NCBI GenBank assembly: GCA_035651575.1
Contig: DASRFM010000031.1
Coordinates: 67,059 to 131,058 of the forward strand
Direction of reading: 5' to 3'
DNA: 64,000 nt
Source: Burkholderiales bacterium
Lineage (GTDB): Bacteria > Pseudomonadota > Gammaproteobacteria > Burkholderiales > SG8-39
Under the pieces are notes generated by a model. The model was given only the letters and a program-made list of their open reading frames with translations, searched no databases and had not been told where the DNA came from. The position numbers and the translations under genes were made by a program. Positions 8,429 through 18,129 of this stretch are shown here, one piece after another; the first letter of the stretch is position 1, and each line of letters opens with the position of its first letter.

Positions 8429-9231
8429 AAAGCGCCCTCGCCCTCGTCATCCCCGTCCACGGCGAGGGCGCCGAGCTGCGGGCGAGCCTCGACTCGCTCG
8501 CCCGCGCCGACCTGCCGCAGCGCATGCATACGATCGTGGTGGACGACGGCAGCGAGCCGCCGATCGGCATCGAGCGCGCCGAGCCGTGCTTGAACCTCTG
8601 CCTGCTGCGCCTCGAGCGGCACGCCGGCATCGTCGCCGCGCTGAACCGCGGACTGGAGCAGGCGCGGCTCTTCGGCGCGCGCTACGTGGCGCGCCTGGAC
8701 GCCGGCGACACCGTGGCGCCGGAGCGCCTGGCGCGGCAGCTGGGCTGCCTCGAAGCCGACCCCGGCGTCGGCATCGTGGCTTCCGATGCGCTCTTCGTGG
8801 ACGAGTCGGGCGCGGCGCTCTTTCGCTTCGAGGCGCCGCGCACGGATGCCGAGGTCCGGCGCCGCATGCATGTCAATTCGTGCCTGCCGCACCCCACCGT
8901 CATGCTGCGCATGAGCGTGCTCGAGCGCACCGGGTTCTATTCGACCGCCTTCCCGGCCGCCGAGGACTACGAGCTCTTCTCCCGCGTGCTCGCGTGCAGT
9001 CGTGCCGCGTGCATCCCGGAGGCGCTGACGACCAAGAGCGTCTCGCGCTCGGGAATTTCCGCCTCGCGGCGGCGCGAGCAGCTGCGCTCCAGGCTGCGCG
9101 TGCAGGCGCGCTACTTCGACTGGGGCGCTGCGGCGAGCTATTACGGGCTCGCGCTGACGCTGCTGCTTTTCCTCGTCCCGGCGCGCCTGCTCGCGGCGAT
9201 GAAGCGGCGCGCCGGCGCAGTGCGCTACTAG
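8356..9231 (+). CDS. Glycosyltransferase family 2
   Basis: LALVIPVHGEG, TIVVDDGS, ARLDAGD and AAEDYELFSR, with a C-terminal hydrophobic segment. The only canonical in-frame start is GTG 8356, which gives a 73-nt overlap with the upstream gene. Confidence 0.7.
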   Translation: MARHADRGRLSPAARPPEALERAIESALALVIPVHGEGAELRASLDSLARADLPQRMHTIVVDDGSEPPIGIERAEPCLNLCLLRLERHAGIVAALNRGLEQARLFGARYVARLDAGDTVAPERLARQLGCLEADPGVGIVASDALFVDESGAALFRFEAPRTDAEVRRRMHVNSCLPHPTVMLRMSVLERTGFYSTAFPAAEDYELFSRVLACSRAACIPEALTTKSVSRSGISASRRREQLRSRLRVQARYFDWGAAASYYGLALTLLLFLVPARLLAAMKRRAGAVRY

Positions 9232-9235
9232 GCCG

Positions 9236-10387
9236 ATGCGCCTGCTCCTCGTCACGCACTACTACTCCACTCATCGCGGCGGCGTCGAGATCGTGGCCGG
9301 CACTCTGGCCACGCTTCTCGGCTCGGCGGGCTTCGCCGTGGACTGGCTCGCGAGCGACTGCGACCCCGCACCGCCGGCGGCGAAGGGCGTGCGCTGCGTG
9401 CCGATGGCGTCGTGGAATGGCATCGAGCGGGCGAGCGGCATTCCGTACCCGCTGTGGGCGCCGCGCTCGCTGCGGCGCCTGCGCCAGGCGGTGCGCGAGT
9501 GCGACGCGGTCCATCTGCACGACGCCCTCTACATGGGCAGCGCGGCCGCATTCGCCTTCGCGCGCCGGGAACGCAAGCCGGTTCTCGTGACGCAGCACGC
9601 GGGCGCCCCGGCCGGCGGTGGCCTCGTCTCGCCGCTGGTCTCGTTCCTCAACCGCACGCTCGCCCGCAGCGTTCTCGCGCAGGCAGACCAGGTGTTCTTC
9701 GTGAGCCCGGCCGTGCAGGCCTATTTCTCCGCCTTCGTTCCCTTCCGGGCGCCGCCGCGCCACGTCGCGAACGGCGTCGATGCCGGGGTCTTCGCCTTCG
9801 CCGACGCCGAGCGCTCGCGTGCGCTGCGTGCTGCCGCCGGGCGCGACCCCCGGCGGCCGCTCTGCCTCTTCGTCGGCCGCTTCATCGAGAGCAAGGGCCT
9901 GCGACTGCTCCTCGCGCTCGCCCGGGCCTTTCCCGAAACGGACTGGATCTTCGCCGGGCACGGACCGCTACCGCCGGAGGAAGAGCGCCTCCCGAATGCC
10001 GCCGTTGTGCGCGGAGCCTCCGGAGAGGCAATCGCCGCGCTCTATCGGATGGCCGACCTCGTGCTCCTGCCGAGCCGGCGCGAAGGGTTTCCGCTCGTCA
10101 TCCAGGAGGCCCTGGCCTGCGGCACGCCGGTGCTCGTGAGCGAGGAGGCTGCCGCCGGCAGCCCGGCCATGGCCCCGCTGATGTTCGTCGAGAGCGTGCG
10201 CGGCGCGGACGCCTTGGCGCGCTGGCGCACGCGGCTCGCGGCCCTGCTGGCGCAGCGCGGCGAGCTCGACGCGATGAGAGGGCGGCTGGCCGAAGCCGCG
10301 CGCCGCGAATGGTCCTGGGCGCGCACCGCGGAGCTCTACGGCGCCACGCTGCGCCGGCTCGTCGAAAAGCCGCCGCTCAGCGGCTGA
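9236..10387 (+). CDS. Glycosyltransferase family 4
   Basis: MRLLLVTHYYSTHRGGVE at the N-terminus and LLPSRREGFPLVIQEALACGTPVLVSE in the C-terminal half. Confidence 0.8.
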   Translation: MRLLLVTHYYSTHRGGVEIVAGTLATLLGSAGFAVDWLASDCDPAPPAAKGVRCVPMASWNGIERASGIPYPLWAPRSLRRLRQAVRECDAVHLHDALYMGSAAAFAFARRERKPVLVTQHAGAPAGGGLVSPLVSFLNRTLARSVLAQADQVFFVSPAVQAYFSAFVPFRAPPRHVANGVDAGVFAFADAERSRALRAAAGRDPRRPLCLFVGRFIESKGLRLLLALARAFPETDWIFAGHGPLPPEEERLPNAAVVRGASGEAIAALYRMADLVLLPSRREGFPLVIQEALACGTPVLVSEEAAAGSPAMAPLMFVESVRGADALARWRTRLAALLAQRGELDAMRGRLAEAARREWSWARTAELYGATLRRLVEKPPLSG

Positions 10388-11321
10388 GCGCGGGCCAGCC
10401 TCGGTCCCAGCGCAGGCGGTCGAGCAGCATCTCGCGCGCGCCGCCCGGCGCGCGGTAGGCGTGATAAAGGATCCAGTCGCCGCCGGCATCGTCCGCGATT
10501 ACGCTGCAGTGCCCCGGCGCGATCCAGCCGCCGCCCGCCTCCAGGATCGGGTCCGAGCGATCCTCGAACGGGCCCTCGGCATCGCCCGAGCGCGCCACCA
10601 TCACCGCGTAGCGCGGCTCGCGCGCGCAACAGCGATCGCCGGAGTAGAAGAGAAAATAATCCGGCTCGCGATACACGACCCAGGGCGCCTCGATGAGCGC
10701 ACGATAGGGCTTCGCAGCGTCCGGAAAGAGCAGCTCGCGGGCCGCGCTGCCCGGGAGAAAGCCGAGGCGGTCTGCCGCGAGCTCCTGCACGCGGAGCGGC
10801 GCGCCGCCCGAGCCCCAGTAGAGCAGGCGCTTGCCGCTGCGCGGATCGTCGAACGCCATGGGATCGATGTTCTCGATGCCTTCGCCGCAGAGCAGGGGCC
10901 GGCCGGAGTCGACGAAGGGCCCGGAAGGCGCGGCGGCGCTCGCGACCGCGAGGCATTTGCCGGTCGCGCCGTCGGGCTCCGCCGAGTAGTACATGAAGTA
11001 GGTTCGCCGCTCGGCGTCGTAGAGGACGTGCGGCGCCCAGAACTGCTGCTTTGCGGCGGCCCACGCCGGCTTTGCGGGCAACGCATCGCCGAGCTCTTCC
11101 CAGTGCACGAGGTCCGCAGAGCGCGCGACCTGGATGTTGATCCATTTGCCCGCGCGCTCGGTCTGCGTCGCGTACGCGTAGAAGGCGCCGTCGGCGGCGC
11201 GCAGCACCGCCGGGTCCGGAAAGTCCGCCGGCAGCACCGGATTGACGAAGGCGGGCGGCCCCTGCGTCGCGCACGAGGCGAGCGCGAGGGCGCTGGCGGC
11301 GGCGAGCGATGCGCGCAGCAT
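10377..11321 (-). CDS. Glycoside hydrolase family 43 lipoprotein
   Basis: Start is at MLRASLAAASALALASC (lipobox LASC). FPDPAVLRAADGAFYAYAT, FWAPHV and YFLFYSG are GH43 five-bladed propeller motifs. Confidence 0.8.
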   Translation of the reverse strand: MLRASLAAASALALASCATQGPPAFVNPVLPADFPDPAVLRAADGAFYAYATQTERAGKWINIQVARSADLVHWEELGDALPAKPAWAAAKQQFWAPHVLYDAERRTYFMYYSAEPDGATGKCLAVASAAAPSGPFVDSGRPLLCGEGIENIDPMAFDDPRSGKRLLYWGSGGAPLRVQELAADRLGFLPGSAARELLFPDAAKPYRALIEAPWVVYREPDYFLFYSGDRCCAREPRYAVMVARSGDAEGPFEDRSDPILEAGGGWIAPGHCSVIADDAGGDWILYHAYRAPGGAREMLLDRLRWDRGWPALSR

Positions 11322-11323
11322 GC

Positions 11324-13015
11324 CTAGGCGAGGCCGGGGTTGCCGTTCACGCCGACGAGCCGCGGCATGAACGGCGCGCGCGCCGCGACGGTCTTGCGCT
11401 CGCGCAGCCAGCGCTCGACGACGTCCCAGACCGGCTCGCCGCTCGCGCCCTCGCTCACCGGCGCCCAGCCGGCCACCTTGTAGCGCCGGCCGCCGCGGAG
11501 CGGCAGCCCGTTCAGCCGCAGGTCGAACACGCGCGCGCCCATCGGCGCGTACGGGTCGAACGCGTAGGTGAGCCCGCCGACGCGCACCATGTCGCCGCCC
11601 TGCTGCAGGTACGGGTCCGGGTTGAAGAGGTTGTCGGCGATGTCCTCGAGGATGGATTTGATCTGCTCGCCGGTCAGCTCGCTCAGCGTGACGTACGGAT
11701 ACGTGATCGCCGTCTGGCTCATCAGGTCCTCGAGCGTGATCGGCTCGCCCGGAAGAAGCGTCGGGCCCCAGCGAAAGCCCGGCGAGAAGGCGATCTCGGC
11801 CCCCTTCACGGCGAGCAGGGCGTCGAGGATGAGCTCGTCGAAGCTGCCGTTGAAGTTGCCGCGCCGGTAGAGCAGCCCTTCGGTGACGGCGAGCCTGCGC
11901 GAGAGCTTTTCGAGGTACGGCGCCCGCGCGTTGTCGATGTAGGCCTGCATCTCGGCGTCGGCGGGGAGCAGGTTGGAGAAGACGGGGAGCAGGCGGTAGC
12001 GGTAGTCCGTCACCCCGCCAGCGCCCACCTTGAGGTCGAGCAGCGCGAGGAACTTGCCGTGCGAGCCGGCATTGGTGACGAGGGTCTTGCCGACGAGCGT
12101 CGGCGCCGGCACGCCGTCGTGCGTGTGGCCGCCGAGGATGGCGTCGATGCCGCGCACGCGGCCGGCGAGCTTCAGGTCCACGTCCATGCCGTTGTGCGAG
12201 AGCAGCAGGACCGCCTTGGCGCCCTTGCCGCGTGTTTCGTCCACGAGCGACTGCAGGCGGCTCTCCTGGATGCCGAAGCTCCACTCCGGGAAGAGGTGGC
12301 GCGGATGCGCGATCGGCGTGTAGGGAAACGCCTGGCCGATGACGGCGACTGGCACCCCGCTCACGGGGTAGATGCGGTAGGGCATGAACACCGCATCCTC
12401 GAAGTCCGTGGTCCGGACGTTCTGGGCGAGAAAGGCAATCGGGCCGAGCTCCTGCTGCACGGCTTGCCTGACGCGCTCGGCGCCGTAGGTGAACTCCCAG
12501 TGCGCCGTGGCGGCGTCGACGCCGAGGAGCTTCTGCGCGCCGATCATGTCCGCGCCGCGCGTCCAGAGCGAAGTGGCCGAGCCCTGCCAGCTGTCGCCGC
12601 CGTCCAGGAGCAAGGCGTGCGGCCGCCCCGCGCGCAGCCGCTTGACCAGCGTCGCGAGGTGCGCGAAGCCGCCGAGCCTGCCGTAGCGGCGCGCCGCCGC
12701 CTCGAACTCGAGGGAGGTGAAGGCGTGCGCCGAGGCGCTGCCCGGCGCGATGCGGAAGTGCTTGAGGAACGCCTCGCCGACGAGGTGCGGCGGCTGGCCC
12801 TCGGCCGGCCCGACGCCGAGGTTGACGCTCGGCTCGCGAAAGCGCATCGGCAGGAGCTGCGCGTGCACGTCGGTGAGGTGCAGGATCGAGACGTTGCCGA
12901 AGCGCGGCGGGTCGTAGAGCGCGCCCGCCGCCTGCGCCTCGCTCGCGCGCGGGCGCAGCGCCGCCCCGGCCGCCGCGGCGAGCGCCAGGAGCCGGAGGAA
13001 GTCGCGTCTGAGCAA
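11324..13015 (-). CDS. soxB: Thiosulfohydrolase SoxB
   Basis: TTG start followed by the Tat motif RRDFLRLL. Metallophosphoesterase motifs (ILHLTDVHAQL, GGDSWQGS, SHNGMDVD, GGHTHD) and a 5'-nucleotidase-like C-terminal domain. Confidence 0.9.
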   Translation of the reverse strand: MLRRDFLRLLALAAAAGAALRPRASEAQAAGALYDPPRFGNVSILHLTDVHAQLLPMRFREPSVNLGVGPAEGQPPHLVGEAFLKHFRIAPGSASAHAFTSLEFEAAARRYGRLGGFAHLATLVKRLRAGRPHALLLDGGDSWQGSATSLWTRGADMIGAQKLLGVDAATAHWEFTYGAERVRQAVQQELGPIAFLAQNVRTTDFEDAVFMPYRIYPVSGVPVAVIGQAFPYTPIAHPRHLFPEWSFGIQESRLQSLVDETRGKGAKAVLLLSHNGMDVDLKLAGRVRGIDAILGGHTHDGVPAPTLVGKTLVTNAGSHGKFLALLDLKVGAGGVTDYRYRLLPVFSNLLPADAEMQAYIDNARAPYLEKLSRRLAVTEGLLYRRGNFNGSFDELILDALLAVKGAEIAFSPGFRWGPTLLPGEPITLEDLMSQTAITYPYVTLSELTGEQIKSILEDIADNLFNPDPYLQQGGDMVRVGGLTYAFDPYAPMGARVFDLRLNGLPLRGGRRYKVAGWAPVSEGASGEPVWDVVERWLRERKTVAARAPFMPRLVGVNGNPGLA

Positions 13016-13016
13016 A

Positions 13017-13601
13017 CTACTGGTTGACCGGCGAGGACGGGTCCAGGAGCAGCGCCACCAGGTCCTTGATCTGCTCCGCGGTCAACGTGCCGGAAGTGCC
13101 GAAGCGCGGCATCTGGCTGCACGCGCTGAACGCTTTCGCGTTGTAGATCTTGGAATAGACGTAGCGCTGCGCGTCCGCGCCGCTGCCCCGCTTCCTGCCG
13201 AAGCCGCGCAGGCTCGGGCCGATGGTGCCGAAGGAGAGCTCCTTGGGCGAGAGCTCGTGGCAGTTGTAGCAGCTGCCGCCGGCGTTGCCGGGCTTGTCGT
13301 TCCAGGTCATGCCCTGGCCGCTCTGCGCGAGGCGCTCGCCGCGCTTCCAGTCGCCCATCAGGCTGCCCTCGGGGATGACGAGCGTCTTCTGCTGGTCGGC
13401 TTCCAGCGTGCGCGCGAGCGCCTGCGGCGGGCGGTCGCGCGCCTCGGTGCAGACGCGCTGCAGCCCGTCCTGCGGGATGCGGTCCATCCCGGCCTGGCCG
13501 CGCGGGTGGAAGTCGCGCTTCAGGACCTGCTCCACCTGGATCTCGGAATCGGCGAAGGCGATGGGCGCGGCGAGCGCCAGGAGAAGGAGCAGGCGGCTCA
13601 C
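13017..13601 (-). CDS. soxX: Sulfur oxidation c-type cytochrome SoxX
   Basis: Signal peptide, single heme site CYNCH, MPRFG motif. Positioned between soxA and soxB. Confidence 0.8.
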   Translation of the reverse strand: MSRLLLLLALAAPIAFADSEIQVEQVLKRDFHPRGQAGMDRIPQDGLQRVCTEARDRPPQALARTLEADQQKTLVIPEGSLMGDWKRGERLAQSGQGMTWNDKPGNAGGSCYNCHELSPKELSFGTIGPSLRGFGRKRGSGADAQRYVYSKIYNAKAFSACSQMPRFGTSGTLTAEQIKDLVALLLDPSSPVNQ

Positions 13602-14392
13602 CGCTTGGTCCCCGGCCCGCGGTACGGCTCGCCTTGTCCGGTCGCGGCAAGAAAGAGATTCAGCGCCACCGTCGCCTCCGAGCCGAACGTCGGCTCAGGC
13701 ATGCGCATCTGGCGGTAGCAGTCGTTCAGGCGCCACTGCATGGTCTTCAGCTGGCTGTTGGAGACGCGGTACGCCGGCCAGGTCGCCACCACGGCGCGCG
13801 CATAGCGCGGCTCGTAGAGCACGGGCAGCTCCTGCATGCGGATGCGCCTGTCCGGCTCGCCGTGGCAGGAAGCGCAGGAGAAATCCCACGGCCCGGCGCG
13901 ATGGAAGAAAAGTGCGCGCCCGAGCTCGAGCGCCGCCTGCTCCTTGGGGTGGCGCGTGCCCGGCGCCATCTTCACGCCGCGCGACTGCGCCGCGATGTAG
14001 GCGGAAAGGTATTCGAGCTCCGAGGGCCGGTCCTCGTTGCCGAACACGCGCCGCGTCGCATCCTGCAGGCTGCGCCCCTGCAGCGTGGTCATGCAATGCA
14101 CGAGGCGGGTCTCCAGGTCCATGACGCGGTCGGTATCGGCGAAGTAGCGCGGCAGCCGCGCGTAGGCGCCCTTCAGCACGCCCGGGCCCAGGCCGAGGTC
14201 GCATTTCTCGAGTGAGACGTTGCGCGGACCGGCGGGCTTCTTCCAGAGCTCCTCGCCCCCGATCTCGAAGAGCTCGACCGGGCTGCCCTCGGACACCATG
14301 CGCTGGTAGCGCTCGATCTCCTTTTTCGCGTCCTGCGCGCCGGCCGGCAAGGCGCAAACTGCGGCGAGAAAGACCACTGCCGCCCGGATCAT
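13598..14392 (-). CDS. soxA: Sulfur oxidation c-type cytochrome SoxA (single-heme type)
   Basis: Start is at MIRAAVVFLAAV (ATGA overlap with soxZ). One CASCH heme site, plus the RLNDCYRQMRMPEP motif. Confidence 0.85.
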   Translation of the reverse strand: MIRAAVVFLAAVCALPAGAQDAKKEIERYQRMVSEGSPVELFEIGGEELWKKPAGPRNVSLEKCDLGLGPGVLKGAYARLPRYFADTDRVMDLETRLVHCMTTLQGRSLQDATRRVFGNEDRPSELEYLSAYIAAQSRGVKMAPGTRHPKEQAALELGRALFFHRAGPWDFSCASCHGEPDRRIRMQELPVLYEPRYARAVVATWPAYRVSNSQLKTMQWRLNDCYRQMRMPEPTFGSEATVALNLFLAATGQGEPYRGPGTKR

Positions 14393-14703
14393 GCGATCGC
14401 GGTCTCCGTGCGGTTGGACTCGCCCTGGTTGTCGACCCAGCTCACCTCGACCTTGTCGCCCCTGGCCCCGCCCTTCACGCGGAAGCTGAACACGGGGTTG
14501 CGCGAGACGCCCTGGCTGATCTGGCTCTCGACCACGGTCTTGCCGTTCAGCTTGACGGTGACGTTCTGGATGAAATGCATCGGCACGAGCTTGCCGTCCT
14601 GGTCCTTGCGCTGCCCGGTCTCCATCGGATGGGTCATGAGCACGCGGATGTCGGTAACGCCGCCGTTGACGCTCGCGCGCATCTTCATCGGTCCTGCCGC
14701 CAT
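14389..14703 (-). CDS. soxZ: Thiosulfate oxidation carrier complex protein SoxZ
   Basis: 104 aa. IRVLMTHPMETG and FIQNVTVKLNGK are typical SoxZ motifs. Confidence 0.85.
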   Translation of the reverse strand: MAAGPMKMRASVNGGVTDIRVLMTHPMETGQRKDQDGKLVPMHFIQNVTVKLNGKTVVESQISQGVSRNPVFSFRVKGGARGDKVEVSWVDNQGESNRTETAIA

Positions 14704-14712
14704 GGGATCCTC

Positions 14713-15150
14713 CTAGCCTCCGCAACCGCCGATCGTGACCTTCACCTCTTTCGTCGCGACATAGTGCTTGCCGCCGGCCTCGGCGATGACGCGCACGTCG
14801 GAGGTCTCGCCCATCTTGACGTTCACCTTCACGAAAGGCAGCGCGCCTTCCATGAAGTCGAACTTGGCGACGAGCGGGAAGGGATTCTTGTCCACCAGCA
14901 CCGAGAGCGATTTCGTCCCGGGAATGTTGCTCGTGATCTCGACCGGCACGACCGCGCCGTTCTCCGCGATCTGCGGCACGTCGATCACGATGTCCTTGCT
15001 CGGCGCGGCACCCACGGCGCCGATGCCCTTCAGCGCCTCGGGCGCGGTTTTCGCGCCGAAGGCTTCCTTGTTCCACGCCGCGAGCACGGCCCACGGCTTG
15101 AGCAGCGCGGCGCCGAGCGCCGCGACCACGGTTCGTCGCAAACGGTCCAT
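14713..15150 (-). CDS. soxY: Thiosulfate oxidation carrier protein SoxY
   Basis: C-terminal GGCGG sulfur-carrying motif, Tat/Sec-like N-terminus, and the PQIAENGAVVPVEI motif. Confidence 0.9.
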   Translation of the reverse strand: MDRLRRTVVAALGAALLKPWAVLAAWNKEAFGAKTAPEALKGIGAVGAAPSKDIVIDVPQIAENGAVVPVEITSNIPGTKSLSVLVDKNPFPLVAKFDFMEGALPFVKVNVKMGETSDVRVIAEAGGKHYVATKEVKVTIGGCGG

Positions 15151-15187
15151 CGGGTCTCCGGGACTCCTTCTTTTGGAGCGCGGTATT

Positions 15188-15685
15188 CTAGCGCCCGGCG
15201 CGGCGGAATACCCCTGATTTGCCGCCGCTTTTCTCCTCGAGCCGGAGCTCGACGACGCGCATGCCGCGGTCCACCGCCTTAAGCATGTCGTAGATCGTGA
15301 GCAGGCCCACCGCGGCCGCGCTGAGCGCCTCCATCTCGACGCCGGTCGGCCCGCGGCACTCGACCCGCGCGAGGATGCGCGCCTGCGAGCGGCGCTTGTC
15401 GAGCTCGAAGTCCACCGAGACGCGCGTGAGCGCGAGCGGGTGGGCGAGCGGGATGAGCTCGGGCGTGCGCTTCGCCGCCTGGATGGCCGCGATGCGCGCG
15501 ATGCCGAGCACGTCGCCTTTCTTCGCCTTCCCGGAGGCGAGCAGCCGGAAGGTCGCCGGCCGCATCGTGATGCGGCCCGACGCGGCCGCGATCCGGTGCG
15601 TGGCGTCCTTCTCGCCGACGTCGACCATGCGGGCGGAACCTCGGGCGTCGAAATGAGTCAATCGGCGGGGAGCGCTTCTGGCCAT
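15188..15685 (-). CDS. moaC: Cyclic pyranopterin monophosphate synthase MoaC
   Basis: [38 protein letters not shown] and LIPLAHP are MoaC motifs. Confidence 0.9.
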   Translation of the reverse strand: MARSAPRRLTHFDARGSARMVDVGEKDATHRIAAASGRITMRPATFRLLASGKAKKGDVLGIARIAAIQAAKRTPELIPLAHPLALTRVSVDFELDKRRSQARILARVECRGPTGVEMEALSAAAVGLLTIYDMLKAVDRGMRVVELRLEEKSGGKSGVFRRAGR

Positions 15686-15707
15686 GTCCGGGCGCTATCA
15701 TAAACAG

Positions 15708-17150
15708 ATGCGAATCATGGCGTTATTTCTTTCGGCGGCGATCGCGCTCGGCCCGCGCGCGGCGGCCCAGTCGCTGCCCGACCTGGGCGGGTCGGGTGAC
15801 GCCGCGCTTTCTCCCGCCATGGAGCGCAAGCTGGGCGAGAGCATCGTGAACGAGATCCGCACGCGCGACCCCACCTACATCGAGGATCCCGAGGTCTCCG
15901 ACTATCTCGGCAGCATCGGCGCGCGCCTCACGCAGGTGATGACGGGGGCGCGCTACGACTTCGAGTTCTTCCTGATCCGCGACCCGACGATCAACGCGTT
16001 CGCGCTGCCGGGCGGGTTCGTCGGCGTGCACACCGGGCTCATTACTTCCACGGAGACGGAGTCCGAGCTTGCCTCGGTGCTCGGCCACGAGATGGGCCAC
16101 GTCACGCAGCGGCACATCGCGCGCATGTTCGGCCAGCAGCAGCAGGTGCAGATGCCGATGATGGTGGCGCTCGCCGCGGCGCTGCTGCTGGCGCGCTCGC
16201 GCCCCGACCTCGCCACGGGCGCCGCCGCGGCGACGCAGGCCACGGTGATGAACCAGCAGCTCTCCTACTCCCGCGACTTCGAGCGCGAAGCCGACCGCGT
16301 CGGGCAACAGGCGCTCGCCGACGCGGGCTACGACCCGCGCGCCATGGCAACCTTCTTCGAGAGGATGCAGCGCTCGACGCGGCTCTCGGATGACAACTCG
16401 ATCCCGGGCTACTTCCGCACCCACCCGCTCACCTACGAGCGCATCGCAGACGCACAGAGCCGGGCCGCCGCGCTGCCGTATCGCCAGCACGCCGACAGTC
16501 CGGAGTTCCAGCTCGTGCGCGCGAAGCTGCGCGCCGACGTCGGCGAGCCGGCAGATGCGGTGAGGCAGTTCGAGGCGGCGTTGCGCGAGGGACGCTATGC
16601 GAGCGAGCAGGCGGCCCACTACGGCCTCGCCACCGCGCTCCTGCGCGCGCGCCGGCCGGCCGATGCGCAGGCCGAAGTCGATCGCCTGCGCGCGCTCGGC
16701 AAGCCCGATCCGATGATCGAGATGCTCGCCGCGCGCGTGAAGAGCGCGCTCGGCGACCGCGCCGGCGCGAGCGCCGTCCTCGAGCAGGCCCGCGCCAAGT
16801 ATCCGTACTCGCGTCCCGTGTTCTACGCGTACATCGAGGCGCTGCAGCAGTCGGGTCGCAACGCCGAGGCGGCGGCCGGCCTCACCGAGGCGCTGCGCCA
16901 GCGGCCGAGGGACCTGAAGCTGCATTCGCTCCTCGCGCTCACCTACGCCTCGCTCGGCAAGCGTCTGCTGCAGCACCAGGAGCAGGCCGAGGTGTACGCG
17001 CTGCAGGGCAGCCTGCCGGCGGCGATCGAGCAGCTGCAGCTCGCGCGCACCGCCGGCGACGGCGACTTCTACCAGCTGTCGGTGGTCGACGCGCGCCTCA
17101 AGGACCTGCGCACGCAGCACGCCGCCGACCTGCGCGACCAGAAGCGCTAG
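15708..17150 (+). CDS. M48-family metalloprotease with TPR repeats (BepA/YfgC-like)
   Basis: HEMGHVTQRH zinc motif, signal peptide, C-terminal TPR-like region. Start is chosen at ATG 15708; 15684 and 15717 are alternatives. Confidence 0.8.
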   Translation: MRIMALFLSAAIALGPRAAAQSLPDLGGSGDAALSPAMERKLGESIVNEIRTRDPTYIEDPEVSDYLGSIGARLTQVMTGARYDFEFFLIRDPTINAFALPGGFVGVHTGLITSTETESELASVLGHEMGHVTQRHIARMFGQQQQVQMPMMVALAAALLLARSRPDLATGAAAATQATVMNQQLSYSRDFEREADRVGQQALADAGYDPRAMATFFERMQRSTRLSDDNSIPGYFRTHPLTYERIADAQSRAAALPYRQHADSPEFQLVRAKLRADVGEPADAVRQFEAALREGRYASEQAAHYGLATALLRARRPADAQAEVDRLRALGKPDPMIEMLAARVKSALGDRAGASAVLEQARAKYPYSRPVFYAYIEALQQSGRNAEAAAGLTEALRQRPRDLKLHSLLALTYASLGKRLLQHQEQAEVYALQGSLPAAIEQLQLARTAGDGDFYQLSVVDARLKDLRTQHAADLRDQKR

Positions 17151-18079
17151 CTGCCGTAGCCTTCGTAGAGAAGGTCGAAGGCTTTCTCGGCCTCCAGCAG
17201 CAGCTGCGTGTCGTTCTGCGAACGGCGCATGGCGCCCTGGAGCAGCGTCTGGACGCCGGCCGCCTCGGCCACCGGCGCGTCGTGAATCTCGAGGTAATGG
17301 ACGATCTTGCCGATCTTGCCGAGCGCTGCGTTGCGCGCGAGGTCGAAGCGCCCGAGGAGGTTCTCGTAGGTCACGCCCTGGGCGCTGTTCGCGAAGGTCG
17401 CGCCTTCATAGGCGAAGCTCACGGCTTCCTTGGGCGCCGCATCGCCCTTCTCCAGCCAGACGATGGTGGCCTCCGGATCGATGAAGCGGCGGATGAGCCA
17501 GGCGCTCGCGAGGCGGTCCGCCCAGAGCGGCCTGCGGGTCGCCCAGGTGCGCCGCAGCATGCTCTGCGTGGTGTCGATCGAGGATTTTCCCTGGTTGGGG
17601 AAGAGCAGCCGCCGCACCTCGGCGTCGGCCTCGGCGAGCGCCTTGCGCGTGCGCGCCTGCGCGCCGGTGGGGAAGAAGTCGAGCGCGGCGATCGCGTCGA
17701 ACTCGCGCCGCTGCTTGTGCAGCACGCGCGAGATCGCGCTCGGGTCCGAGTGGCCGAAGCTGATGCGCAGGCTCTCGACCGTCTTGGCGAGCGCCTCGTA
17801 GCGCGCCGTGCGGTCGAAGAGGGCGGCGAAGGCGGCCTGCTGGCCGGCCGAGGTGCCGCTCACCTCGACGACATGCGCCGATCCGGCGATCTTCCCGGCA
17901 TAGTCGGCAAGCGCCTCGAGCGCCTGGAGATTCGACGCGCTGCGCGGCAGCAGGTACGCGCCTTCGCGGATCACCGCCGCGCCGAGCGATTCGAGCGTGC
18001 GCAGCACGCGCATGCGCGCAGCCGGATCCTCGGTCGGAAGTTGCGCGATCAGCAGAAGCCACTGGGCGGCCGCGTTCAT
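17147..18079 (-). CDS. ChrB-like chromate-resistance domain protein
   Basis: N-terminus LLIAQLPTEDPAARMRVLRTLESLGAAVIREGAYLLP and C-terminal WADRLASAWLIRRFIDPEA match ChrB-family features. No chrA is seen in the window. Confidence 0.65.
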   Translation of the reverse strand: MNAAAQWLLLIAQLPTEDPAARMRVLRTLESLGAAVIREGAYLLPRSASNLQALEALADYAGKIAGSAHVVEVSGTSAGQQAAFAALFDRTARYEALAKTVESLRISFGHSDPSAISRVLHKQRREFDAIAALDFFPTGAQARTRKALAEADAEVRRLLFPNQGKSSIDTTQSMLRRTWATRRPLWADRLASAWLIRRFIDPEATIVWLEKGDAAPKEAVSFAYEGATFANSAQGVTYENLLGRFDLARNAALGKIGKIVHYLEIHDAPVAEAAGVQTLLQGAMRRSQNDTQLLLEAEKAFDLLYEGYGS

Positions 18080-18129
18080 GACAGCGTCTATTGCATCATA
18101 TACTTGGGCCCTCGCAACGGAGCGGTGAC

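Noticed and set aside
10377-12284. A 635-aa ORF extending the GH43 gene upstream through soxB; likewise 13598-15094 extends soxA through soxZ/soxY, and 5219-6883 and 62485-63501 are N-terminal extensions.
   Set aside because: In each case an internal start gives a proper signal peptide, lipobox or RBS, or overlaps the upstream stop codon. The extensions overlap well-supported genes or have junk composition.
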